Assembly: GCA_964361085.1 (NCBI GenBank) | Contig: CAYHZK010000003.1 | Span: forward strand, 1 to 32,735 | DNA length: 32,735 nucleotides | Reading direction: 5' to 3' | Source: an uncultured Planctomycetales bacterium | GTDB taxonomy: Bacteria; Omnitrophota; Gorgyraeia; Zapsychrales; JANLHA01 | In this document: positions 24,709 to 31,915 of the stretch, piece by piece | How the letters are laid out: each line of letters opens with the position of its first letter | Numbering within the stretch: position 1 is the first letter of the stretch | Translations under genes and position numbers: made by a program | Notes under the pieces: generated by a model | Told to the model about the DNA's origin: nothing | Databases searched by the model: none | Seen by the model: only the letters and a program-made list of their open reading frames with translations

Positions 24709-25278
24709 ATGACCAACCGCAAACAATTTTTTCAGCATCACACAGCCCTGGTGAGCCCCAACGCCGCAATCGGCGACATGACGCGCATCTGGGCTTTTGT
24801 CAACATCCAGGACGGGGCGGTGATCGGCGACGGGTGCAATGTCTGCGACGGCTGCTACGTGGAGAACGGCGCTGTGGTCGGCAACCATGTGACGCTTAAA
24901 AACGGCGTCTCTGTTTTTGCGGGGATCACGCTTGAAGACGATGTTTTTTGCGGGGCCAATGTGGCGTTTGTCAACGACCGGTATCCCCGCAGTCACCGGC
25001 AGGACCCGTGGGTTTTGGAAAAAACCCTCGTTAAAAAAGGGGCCACGATCGGCAGCAACGCGACCGTCCTTTGCGGGGTGACGATCGGCGAATACGCGTT
25101 GATCGGCGCGGGAAGTGTTGTGACCAAGGATGTCGGTGATTACCACATGGTGCTCGGCAATCCCGCGAAATTTTACGGCTTTGCCTGCCTTTGCGGGCGC
25201 AAACTTCCCGGGGATTTCCGGTGTTCCTCCTGTCAGACGGCATTCACGCTGACGGATCATCAGCTGCGGTTAAAATGA
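24709..25278 (+). CDS. left-handed beta-helix (hexapeptide) N-acetyltransferase, WbpD/WlbB-like
   Basis: 189 aa. Hexapeptide repeats IGDGCNVCDGCYVENGAVVGNHVTLKNGVSVFAGITLEDDVFCG...IGSNATVLCGVTIGEYALIGAGSVVTKDV. Cys-rich C-terminal tail CLCGRKLPGDFRCSSC. Confidence 0.8.
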   Translation: MTNRKQFFQHHTALVSPNAAIGDMTRIWAFVNIQDGAVIGDGCNVCDGCYVENGAVVGNHVTLKNGVSVFAGITLEDDVFCGANVAFVNDRYPRSHRQDPWVLEKTLVKKGATIGSNATVLCGVTIGEYALIGAGSVVTKDVGDYHMVLGNPAKFYGFACLCGRKLPGDFRCSSCQTAFTLTDHQLRLK

Positions 25279-26006
25279 ACAAAACCCTTGTTTGTCCGGT
25301 TGCTTATAACGAACACGTCAAATTGCAGGGCGTCATCGAACGGTTTTTAAAATCGCCGGTCTATGGCCGGGTGGATTATTTGATCGTCGACGACGGCTCC
25401 ACGGACGGCACGACGGAGATGATCAGGAGTTTTCGGGACCGCGGTGTTGGGACCGTCAAGCACCCTTTTCGCATGGGGGTCGGCTCCGCGATCCGCACCG
25501 CGATCAAATACGCCGTCGAAAACAAATATCAGGTCGTCGTCATCATGGCGGGCAATGATAAAGACAATCCGGATGAGATCCCGCGGCTGATCGATCCGAT
25601 CTTGAAGGACGGCTGCGACATCGTCCAGGGGTCGCGCTATGTCAACGGAAACCGGACCGGCGGCGACATGCCGCTTTACCGCAAACTGGCGACACGGCTG
25701 CACCCTTTCCTTTTTTCTCTGGCGGCCCGTCGCAGGGTGACCGACAGCACCAACGGGTTCCGGGCCATCAGACTTTCGATCTTTGAGGATCAGAGGATCA
25801 ATCTGGATCAGGAATGGCTCAACGCCTATGAGCTCGAGCCGTACATTTTATTCAAGGCGATCCGGCTGGGATACCGCTTCGCCGAGGCGCCGGTCACCAA
25901 GATCTATCCGTCCAAAAAATTAGGATACACAAAAATGCGTCCGATCTTCGGGTGGTGGAGCATCTTAAAGCCCATTTTTTATCTGGGACTGGGTATTAAA
26001 AAATAA
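25275..26006 (+). CDS. GT2 glycosyltransferase, Dpm1/ArnC-like (soluble form)
   Basis: 243 aa from ATG 25275 (ATGA overlap with the upstream stop); the 25191 start in the ORF track is an extension. LIVDDGSTDGT, QGSRYVNGNRTGG, VTDSTNGFRA. Confidence 0.8.
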   Translation: MNKTLVCPVAYNEHVKLQGVIERFLKSPVYGRVDYLIVDDGSTDGTTEMIRSFRDRGVGTVKHPFRMGVGSAIRTAIKYAVENKYQVVVIMAGNDKDNPDEIPRLIDPILKDGCDIVQGSRYVNGNRTGGDMPLYRKLATRLHPFLFSLAARRRVTDSTNGFRAIRLSIFEDQRINLDQEWLNAYELEPYILFKAIRLGYRFAEAPVTKIYPSKKLGYTKMRPIFGWWSILKPIFYLGLGIKK

Positions 26007-26018
26007 CGGGAGGGAGTC

Positions 26019-26774
26019 ATGAGAAAATGTCCCCGCTGCAAAGTCGTTTATTACATCGAAGACCGGATGCGGTGCCTCTATTGTGAATCGGGCTTAGTCA
26101 CGATCCATTCCGACACCTCCGTGGATTTGAGCAACGACAAGGGATTTGATCCCCAGATGATCAAAGGGCTCAAGACGGAACTGGCGATTCTCAAAGAGGT
26201 CTTGCAGGAATGGCAGATGCTTGGGCATCTGCGGCTGCAGTATATGATCGGCACCTATTTCAAGCTGAGAACCTCGACGTTCTTTTATTCCTTCAGCCGT
26301 CAGAATTTCAAGATGGGCAATCAATTCAAGCGGCTGTTCGTGCAGCCGATTCACCTCAATTCTTTTTTCATGATCCCCTGGGTGGTCATCAATGTGTTCG
26401 ACTCCATCATCATGAGATTTACGTATACGGGATACTGCCAGAAATGCGGATGGAAATACAAAAAGGTCGCCGCCAATCAGGAGCATGATCCGGCGGAGTG
26501 CGCCTATAATCAGGACTACACCAAGGTTGTCAACGCCATTTTGAGCGGCAAGATCACAAAGACAGAAGTCAAGGTTCAGCAGGAGGCGCTTAAGGTGATC
26601 AAGGAGGGCAAGCGCAGCGCCTATCAGTATCTTTGCTCCCAGCGCAATACGCGGGACAAGCTGATTGATATCTTCTGCGTGTGGCTCTCCGTATGCATGA
26701 TGATCGCCTTGATGGTCTTTGTGCTGTTGCCCCTGGCCAGGGGCTGGATGGCGGGACGCGACGACTTCATTTAA
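26019..26774 (+). CDS. hypothetical zinc-ribbon protein with C-terminal TM anchor
   Basis: 251 aa. CPRC-x12-CLYC at the N-terminus and a second Cys pair, CQKC. Internal hydrophobic stretch FFMIPWVVINVF. C-terminal helix IFCVWLSVCMMIALMVFVLLPL. I recognise no family. Confidence 0.5.
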   Translation: MRKCPRCKVVYYIEDRMRCLYCESGLVTIHSDTSVDLSNDKGFDPQMIKGLKTELAILKEVLQEWQMLGHLRLQYMIGTYFKLRTSTFFYSFSRQNFKMGNQFKRLFVQPIHLNSFFMIPWVVINVFDSIIMRFTYTGYCQKCGWKYKKVAANQEHDPAECAYNQDYTKVVNAILSGKITKTEVKVQQEALKVIKEGKRSAYQYLCSQRNTRDKLIDIFCVWLSVCMMIALMVFVLLPLARGWMAGRDDFI

Positions 26775-26799
26775 AAAATAAATTACAAGCGAGGGGTTT

Positions 26800-27069
26800 A
26801 TGAAACGGTTGATGGCATTTTATTTTGTTTTGATTTTTTTAGGGTGCAGCTACGGCAGCGACAAGATCCGGACGCTGATCAATGAACCGGAAACAATCCT
26901 CAGAGATCCTGAGTACGCGGATTATAAGGAATCGCTGGATCATCTCGAGAGCGATTATCTGCACAAAAAGATCAGCTACGCCGAGTATCTCGAGCAAAAA
27001 CGGCAGATCGAGGCCGGCTACGATCAGGAGATCAAAACCCGGCGCGATCAAATCGAAGGGGTGCGTTGA
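26800..27069 (+). CDS. small lipoprotein with SHOCT-like C-terminal helix
   Basis: 89 aa. Signal peptide plus Cys (FYFVLIFLGCS). KKISYAEYLEQKRQI resembles the SHOCT motif. GAGGGG RBS. Confidence 0.5.
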   Translation: MKRLMAFYFVLIFLGCSYGSDKIRTLINEPETILRDPEYADYKESLDHLESDYLHKKISYAEYLEQKRQIEAGYDQEIKTRRDQIEGVR

Positions 27070-27100
27070 CCCGATTCTCTTCGGGACGCGCCGTGACAAT

Positions 27101-27826
27101 ATGAGAATTTTTGGAAAAAATCCCGTTTTAGAGCGCCTCAAATCCCAGCCGAAAAGCATCCGGACGATTTATGTGCAGGAAGGTCATCCCGACGCCGGGT
27201 ATATCCAGAAAAAAGCCAACAAATGGGGCATCGCGGTCTGCAAGGTGCCGGGGTCCAAGATTCAGAAATTGGCGAGGGATCTGAATACCCAGGGGCTGGT
27301 CGCCGAGGTCGAAGGGTTTTCTTATCTCAGTCTCGACGACCTTTTGCAAAAGGCCAGGACGGACAACGGGACTGTGGTTTTTTTGGATGAGTTGACCGAC
27401 CCGCAAAATTTAGGCGGCATCATCCGCAGTCTGGGGTGTCTGGGGAATTTTTTTATCGTTCTCCCGACGCATCATTCGGTGGAGGTGACGCCGGCGGTCC
27501 TGCGGGTGGCCTGCGGCGCGGATAATTATGTGAGTGTTGCGAAGGTGGCGAATCTGAATCAGGCCATCCTGGCGGCGAAAGAAGAGGGCTTCTGGATCGC
27601 GGGGGCTGTTGTCAAGGGCGGGCAGGATATCGCAACGGCGCGTTTGAATTTTCCTCTGGCGCTGGTTGTCGGGTCCGAGCAGAAAGGGATCCGGGACGTG
27701 ATCCGCAGGCACCTTGATATCGAGTTGTCGATCCCGATGGCCCATGAGCGGCTTTCGCTCAACGCGGCCCATGCGACGACGATTTTTTGTTATGAGATCG
27801 CGCGTCAGAGGAAAATTAAAATATGA
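27101..27826 (+). CDS. rlmB: SpoU/TrmH-family 23S rRNA 2'-O-methyltransferase (RlmB-like)
   Basis: 241 aa from ATG 27101; the 26882 start in the ORF track is an extension through the lipoprotein gene. N-terminal substrate-binding domain FGKNPVLERLK...QGLVAEV. SPOUT motifs LDELTDPQNLGGIIRS, LVVGSEQKGI, SLNAAHATTIF. Confidence 0.78.
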   Translation: MRIFGKNPVLERLKSQPKSIRTIYVQEGHPDAGYIQKKANKWGIAVCKVPGSKIQKLARDLNTQGLVAEVEGFSYLSLDDLLQKARTDNGTVVFLDELTDPQNLGGIIRSLGCLGNFFIVLPTHHSVEVTPAVLRVACGADNYVSVAKVANLNQAILAAKEEGFWIAGAVVKGGQDIATARLNFPLALVVGSEQKGIRDVIRRHLDIELSIPMAHERLSLNAAHATTIFCYEIARQRKIKI

Positions 27827-28440
27827 AAAAGAAAACGGTCAAAAGATCCGGCACCATGACCGCCAGGGACTGCCGGGCGGCTTTGGATTTTTTTGCCGAG
27901 GCGGGATTGCTCAAGCGTGTCAAGCGCAGCGGGTGGTGGGTGGCCGGGATCAAGGACCCGGAAAGTGTCGCCGGGCATTCGTTCCGGACCGCGATCATCG
28001 GATTTTATCTCGCGCACGCCGAGGGGGTCGATCCTTACAAGGTGATGGTCATGACGCTCTTCAATGATATTCATGAAGCCAGGATCAATGATCTGCACAA
28101 GATGGGGCATTACTATATTGATTTTAAGGACGCCGAAAAACGGGTCTTCAAGGATCAGATGCGCGGGCTTAAAGAAAACGCCAGGTCGGTCCTCGAGAGC
28201 TGCCGCGACGAATACGATCACCAGAAGACCAGAGAAGGGATCCTCGCCCGCGACGCGGATATCCTCGAATGCCTGCTGCAGGCCAAAGAATATTATGACG
28301 CGGGGCACGAGGGCGCCAGGCTGTTTTTTGACCGCGCCCCCGATCATTTGAAGACCGAGAGCGCCCGCAGCCTCTGGCGGCAGATCAGATCGTGGGACAG
28401 TCATGAGTGGTGGCGGTCGGTTGTGAAATTTGAACGGTAG
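27823..28440 (+). CDS. YfbR-like HD-superfamily (HD_3) protein with degenerate HD dyad
   Basis: 205 aa: LKRVKRSGWW...ESVAGHSFRTAII...LFNDIHEARINDL...ARDADILECLLQAKEY. The protein contains no His-Asp dipeptide at all. ATGA overlap with rlmB. Confidence 0.7.
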   Translation: MKKKTVKRSGTMTARDCRAALDFFAEAGLLKRVKRSGWWVAGIKDPESVAGHSFRTAIIGFYLAHAEGVDPYKVMVMTLFNDIHEARINDLHKMGHYYIDFKDAEKRVFKDQMRGLKENARSVLESCRDEYDHQKTREGILARDADILECLLQAKEYYDAGHEGARLFFDRAPDHLKTESARSLWRQIRSWDSHEWWRSVVKFER

Positions 28441-28451
28441 AGCGGGTTCCT

Positions 28452-29333
28452 ATGGCGGCGATTTTCGGTTATTGTTTTCAGCGGTTCCGGGTTTTGTGGG
28501 TTTTGTTCTTTATCATGTCCACGGCGGGCTGCGCGTATAATGTCGCGACCGGCCGTCGGGAGTTGATCCTGATCCCCACAACGACGGAAATCTCCATGGG
28601 ACGGGACATCCACCGCCGGATCGCGTCCAGCGACAAGTTTTCGGCGGACAAAGAGCTGGTGGCGCGGATCGACCGCATCGGCCAGAAGCTCGCGCGGGTT
28701 TCCGACCGGCAGGATTATCAGTATCACTTTTTTGTGATTGAGAAAGACGAGTTGAACGCCTTCACAATCCCCGGCGGCAACATCTATATTTATACCGGAC
28801 TCGTGAATAAACTGAAATCCGACGATGAGATCGCCGCTGTTCTGGCCCACGAGATCGGCCATTGCGCGGCGCGCCATACGATCAAAAAGTTTCAGGCGGC
28901 CGTCGGCTATGATCTGATCGGCGGGATCATCTTAAACGAAGTCGGCATGCAGGAGCAGGTTCGCCGCATCGCCTCGATGAGTTCCAGCGCGGTCATGCGG
29001 CTGGTTTTCTCGGCCTATGGCCGGCAGGACGAACACGAATCGGATAAGCTCGGCCTGAAATATATGGACCTGGCCGGTTATGATCTGGACGGCATGGTCG
29101 GATCTTTTCAGGTTTTAGAGAAGGAATCAAAAGGCCCTGATGTGCCTCTTATCCTGCGCACCCACCCGTATATCAGCGATCGCATCAAGGCCGTCCGGGA
29201 AGAAATTCAGAAGATCCGTTCCGGCGGAACGACAATGTCTCCCCGCCAACGGAGTAGCGTAAATTGTTTTTACGAGATACAAACTACGAACGACGAGATA
29301 CGTTGTAAATCGCCATGGAACGCATTGGTTTAG
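28452..29333 (+). CDS. M48-family zinc metalloprotease lipoprotein (YcaL/BepA-like)
   Basis: 293 aa. Lipobox FIMSTAGC, HExxH motif AVLAHEIGHCAARH, downstream E in QDEHESDKLG. The last ~40 aa run through repeat copy C. Confidence 0.85.
   Translation: MAAIFGYCFQRFRVLWVLFFIMSTAGCAYNVATGRRELILIPTTTEISMGRDIHRRIASSDKFSADKELVARIDRIGQKLARVSDRQDYQYHFFVIEKDELNAFTIPGGNIYIYTGLVNKLKSDDEIAAVLAHEIGHCAARHTIKKFQAAVGYDLIGGIILNEVGMQEQVRRIASMSSSAVMRLVFSAYGRQDEHESDKLGLKYMDLAGYDLDGMVGSFQVLEKESKGPDVPLILRTHPYISDRIKAVREEIQKIRSGGTTMSPRQRSSVNCFYEIQTTNDEIRCKSPWNALV
29264..29302 (-). repeat. short dispersed repeat, copy C (inverted relative to 14504-14536)
   Basis: Reverse complement is CGTATCTCGTCGTTCGTAGTTTGTATCTCGTAAAAACAA. 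On the + strand it shows ACGAGATAC twice (29272-80 and 29293-301, period 21), bracketed by GTAAAT (29259-64 and 29305-10). Confidence 0.55.
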
Positions 29334-29605
29334 CCGCCAGCAAGATCGCGAAAGGGAATTTGCTCCTTTACAACCTGTGCGTTGTTTTTCTTTCCCTTTT
29401 GGTCGCGCTGCTTTTGTTTTTTATCGCCGGGACCGCCATTTTTTTGGGATTGCTGCTGCTGCGGGCCATCTTCGGCGGGATGTTCCCGTCTTCAGGCGAA
29501 GGGACATGGGCTGCCATTGCCGGCGTCTGCATGGTTTCCCTGACGGTTGTGGTGAGCGGTGTGAGCCTTTTCGCGATTTCCAAAAACCTGAGACTAAAAA
29601 AATAA
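29315..29605 (+). CDS. small (96 aa) membrane protein, translationally abutting the histidine kinase
   Basis: Two to three TM helices (LLLYNLCVVFLSLLVALLLFFIAGTAIFLGLLLL, WAAIAGVCMVSLTVVVSGVSLFAI). The stop TAA at 29603-05 is followed immediately by the kinase ATG at 29606. There is no clear SD upstream. Confidence 0.55.
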   Translation: MERIGLAASKIAKGNLLLYNLCVVFLSLLVALLLFFIAGTAIFLGLLLLRAIFGGMFPSSGEGTWAAIAGVCMVSLTVVVSGVSLFAISKNLRLKK

Positions 29606-31537
29606 ATGTCCGGGCAAGACCAGATAACGCAGAATTGGCGCGGGTTGGCGGCGATCCTCCCTTTGGGAGTTTTTCGCCATGTCCTGGGAGAACCCGACCG
29701 GTTCGTTTTCATCAACCCGGCCCTGGCCGGGTTGCTGGGTTATTCGGAGGAGGAACTTTTGGCGATGCCGGCGGGCGATATCTTCAACGACAGCGGCGTT
29801 TACCGGGCCCTGATCGACAATGTCCGGGAGCGGGGAACGGCGTTGAGGGAAGAGATCAGCGTGCGGGCCAAAAGCCGGCAGGAGATTTTTTGTTTTTTGT
29901 CTTTGACGGCGGTCAGAGATTCCGGCGGGGCCGTCACAGGGATCGACGGGGTCTTGCAGGATATTTCGCAGACCCGCCGGGCGGCAAAGGACTTGAAGGA
30001 GTCCAAGGAACTCTTTCAGATCGTTTTTAACAATTTTGCCGCCGCGATTGTCGTGGCCGACCAGCATGACAAAATCACCGCCTGGAATCCCCTGACGGAG
30101 CAGATGCTGGGCTGGCAGAGGGGGGAGCTGTTCAACAAACCGATGGCGGAACTTTATTCCGCTCAGGCCTGGGAACAGGTCCGGGACGAGGCGTTGCGGC
30201 AGAACAGCATGCTCTCCGAGCGGGAGGCCCAGGTTTACAGGAAGGACGGCCGTCTTCTGGATGTCAGCATTTCCCTGTCCTTCATTCACGACAGTGAAGG
30301 GGAGCGGATCGGCTGGATTACGATGATACGTGACATCACGGAGCAGAAAAAGGCACGGCAGATGCTGCTTCAGGCCAAGATCGCGGCTGAAGAAGCCAGC
30401 ACGACGAAAAGCCTTTTTCTTGCCAATGTCTCGCACGAGGTCCGGACCCCCATGAACACGATCCTGGGGATCGTCGATCTGACGCTGGACGGTTCCTTGA
30501 CGCCGGAGCAGCGGGATAACCTCATGACGATCAAGACGGCTGGCGATGTTCTTTTGAGCCTGATCAACGACATCCTGGATCTTTCCCGTGTCGAGGCGGG
30601 CAAGGTCCAATTGGAAAATATTGAGCTGAACATCTCGCATATCCTCCACAGTGTCTGTAAAGGCTTGAGCATTCTGGCGCGCAACAAAAATCTGGAATTG
30701 GTCTGGGAGGTTGATCCGCAGGTTCCCGAAACGCTGGGAGGCGACCCGATCCGGCTGCGCCAGATTCTGGTCAACCTGATCAACAACGCGATCAAGTTCG
30801 CGTTTCACGGGCAGATCGTGATCAAGGTCAGGGCGCTGGCCGTCGGAGACGGCATGTGCGAGATGCGGTTTTCGGTGAGGGACGAGGGGGTGGGGATCCC
30901 CCGGGAAAAATTGCAGTCGATCTTTGAGCCCTTCACCCAGGCCGACGCCTCGACGGCGCGGCGTTTCGGCGGAACGGGCCTGGGCCTGGCGATCTCGAAA
31001 CGTTTAGTCGAGATGATGCAGGGACGGATGTGGGTTGAGAGCGAAGAATTCAAGGGGAGCATATTTTATTTTACGGTGAAGCTGCGCATCGCTGAAAGAG
31101 CGCCGTCGGCGTCCCCTCCGTCGGACCCCGCTGCGGCGCCGGCCGCGGACGCGCCGGGAAAAGACGCCAAAAATCTTTACATCCTGCTGGCGGAAGATAA
31201 TATTGTCAACCAGAAGATCGCCGCGCGGATGCTGGAAAAGAAGGGATGGCGGGTCAAGGGCGCTGAAAACGGCAAGCAGGTTTTGGAATATTTGGAGCAG
31301 GAACCGTTTGACCTCATTCTCATGGACGCCCAGATGCCGTTTCTGGACGGGTTTGAAACCACCCGCCTGATCCGCGAGAGCGAGAAGAAAAACGGCAGGC
31401 ATATCCCGATCGTCGCGCTGACCGCGCACGCCATGGCGAGCGATCGCCAGAAATGCCTTGATACCGGGATGGATGATTACGTGTCGAAGCCGATTGACAG
31501 ACAGAAACTGTACGCGGCCATTGAAAATCTTTTTTAA
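29606..31537 (+). CDS. hybrid sensor histidine kinase (PAS-PAS-HisKA-HATPase_c-REC), no TM segment
   Basis: 643 aa. H-box SHEVRTPMN, N-box LINNAIKF, G-boxes DEGVGIP and GGTGLGLAIS. Receiver ILLAEDN...DLILMDAQMP...VALTAHA...YVSKP. Confidence 0.92.
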   Translation: MSGQDQITQNWRGLAAILPLGVFRHVLGEPDRFVFINPALAGLLGYSEEELLAMPAGDIFNDSGVYRALIDNVRERGTALREEISVRAKSRQEIFCFLSLTAVRDSGGAVTGIDGVLQDISQTRRAAKDLKESKELFQIVFNNFAAAIVVADQHDKITAWNPLTEQMLGWQRGELFNKPMAELYSAQAWEQVRDEALRQNSMLSEREAQVYRKDGRLLDVSISLSFIHDSEGERIGWITMIRDITEQKKARQMLLQAKIAAEEASTTKSLFLANVSHEVRTPMNTILGIVDLTLDGSLTPEQRDNLMTIKTAGDVLLSLINDILDLSRVEAGKVQLENIELNISHILHSVCKGLSILARNKNLELVWEVDPQVPETLGGDPIRLRQILVNLINNAIKFAFHGQIVIKVRALAVGDGMCEMRFSVRDEGVGIPREKLQSIFEPFTQADASTARRFGGTGLGLAISKRLVEMMQGRMWVESEEFKGSIFYFTVKLRIAERAPSASPPSDPAAAPAADAPGKDAKNLYILLAEDNIVNQKIAARMLEKKGWRVKGAENGKQVLEYLEQEPFDLILMDAQMPFLDGFETTRLIRESEKKNGRHIPIVALTAHAMASDRQKCLDTGMDDYVSKPIDRQKLYAAIENLF

Positions 31538-31550
31538 AAAGGAAGAGCTT

Positions 31551-31907
31551 ATGGATCCTACGGTTATTGACCTTGATGATGTGATGGAACGGGTGCAGGA
31601 CGACAAGGAACTGCTCCTGGAACTTTTCGATATTTTTGAGGAGGATTACGCCCGGAGGCGCAAGGTGCTGGAGGATGCGCTCGCCGCCAGGAATTTTGAA
31701 ACGATCAGGGACGTGGTCCATTCGATCAAGGGCGCGGCCGGCAACATCGGGGCCAAGACACTGCACGCGACCTGCCAGAATATCGAGCATATGGCCATGG
31801 ACGAAAATCTCGACGGGATCGTCCAGGCCATGCCCGCCCTCGACGGGCAATACGATGCCGTGCAGGGGCATATTGCAAAATTGCGGGCCAAGTTCGGGAA
31901 AGGATAG
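31551..31907 (+). CDS. Hpt-domain phosphotransfer protein
   Basis: 118 aa from ATG 31551; the 31458 start in the ORF track is an extension. Phospho-His motif HSIKGAAGNIGA. Confidence 0.85.
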   Translation: MDPTVIDLDDVMERVQDDKELLLELFDIFEEDYARRRKVLEDALAARNFETIRDVVHSIKGAAGNIGAKTLHATCQNIEHMAMDENLDGIVQAMPALDGQYDAVQGHIAKLRAKFGKG

Positions 31908-31915
31908 TTTTTGAT

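Noticed and set aside
27340-27353. Perfect 14-nt palindrome CCTTTTGCAAAAGG inside rlmB.
   Set aside because: About two perfect 14-nt palindromes are expected by chance in 33 kb (32735/4^7). It lies within conserved coding sequence and has no flanking structure.
29272-29301. 9-nt direct repeat ACGAGATAC spaced 21 nt apart, just upstream of the small-membrane-protein/kinase operon, considered as a response-regulator binding site.
   Set aside because: On its own, a 9-mer repeated within about 30 nt is expected a few times by chance in this window. It is better explained as part of the dispersed repeat reported above. An operator role remains possible but unsupported.
29594-30808. Other long antisense ORFs: 29594-30808, 23822-24769, 24544-25260, 21593-22702, 11430-12314, 15468-16304, 16656-17342 and 31646-32410.
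   Set aside because: Where I checked (29594-30808 and 15468-16304) they are in -1 register with a strongly supported sense gene, the same codon-bias artefact. The others have low-complexity R/P/G-rich translations with no motifs. 21593-22702 is same-strand but out of frame with the GT-C gene and lacks the hydrophobic periodicity of the real frame.
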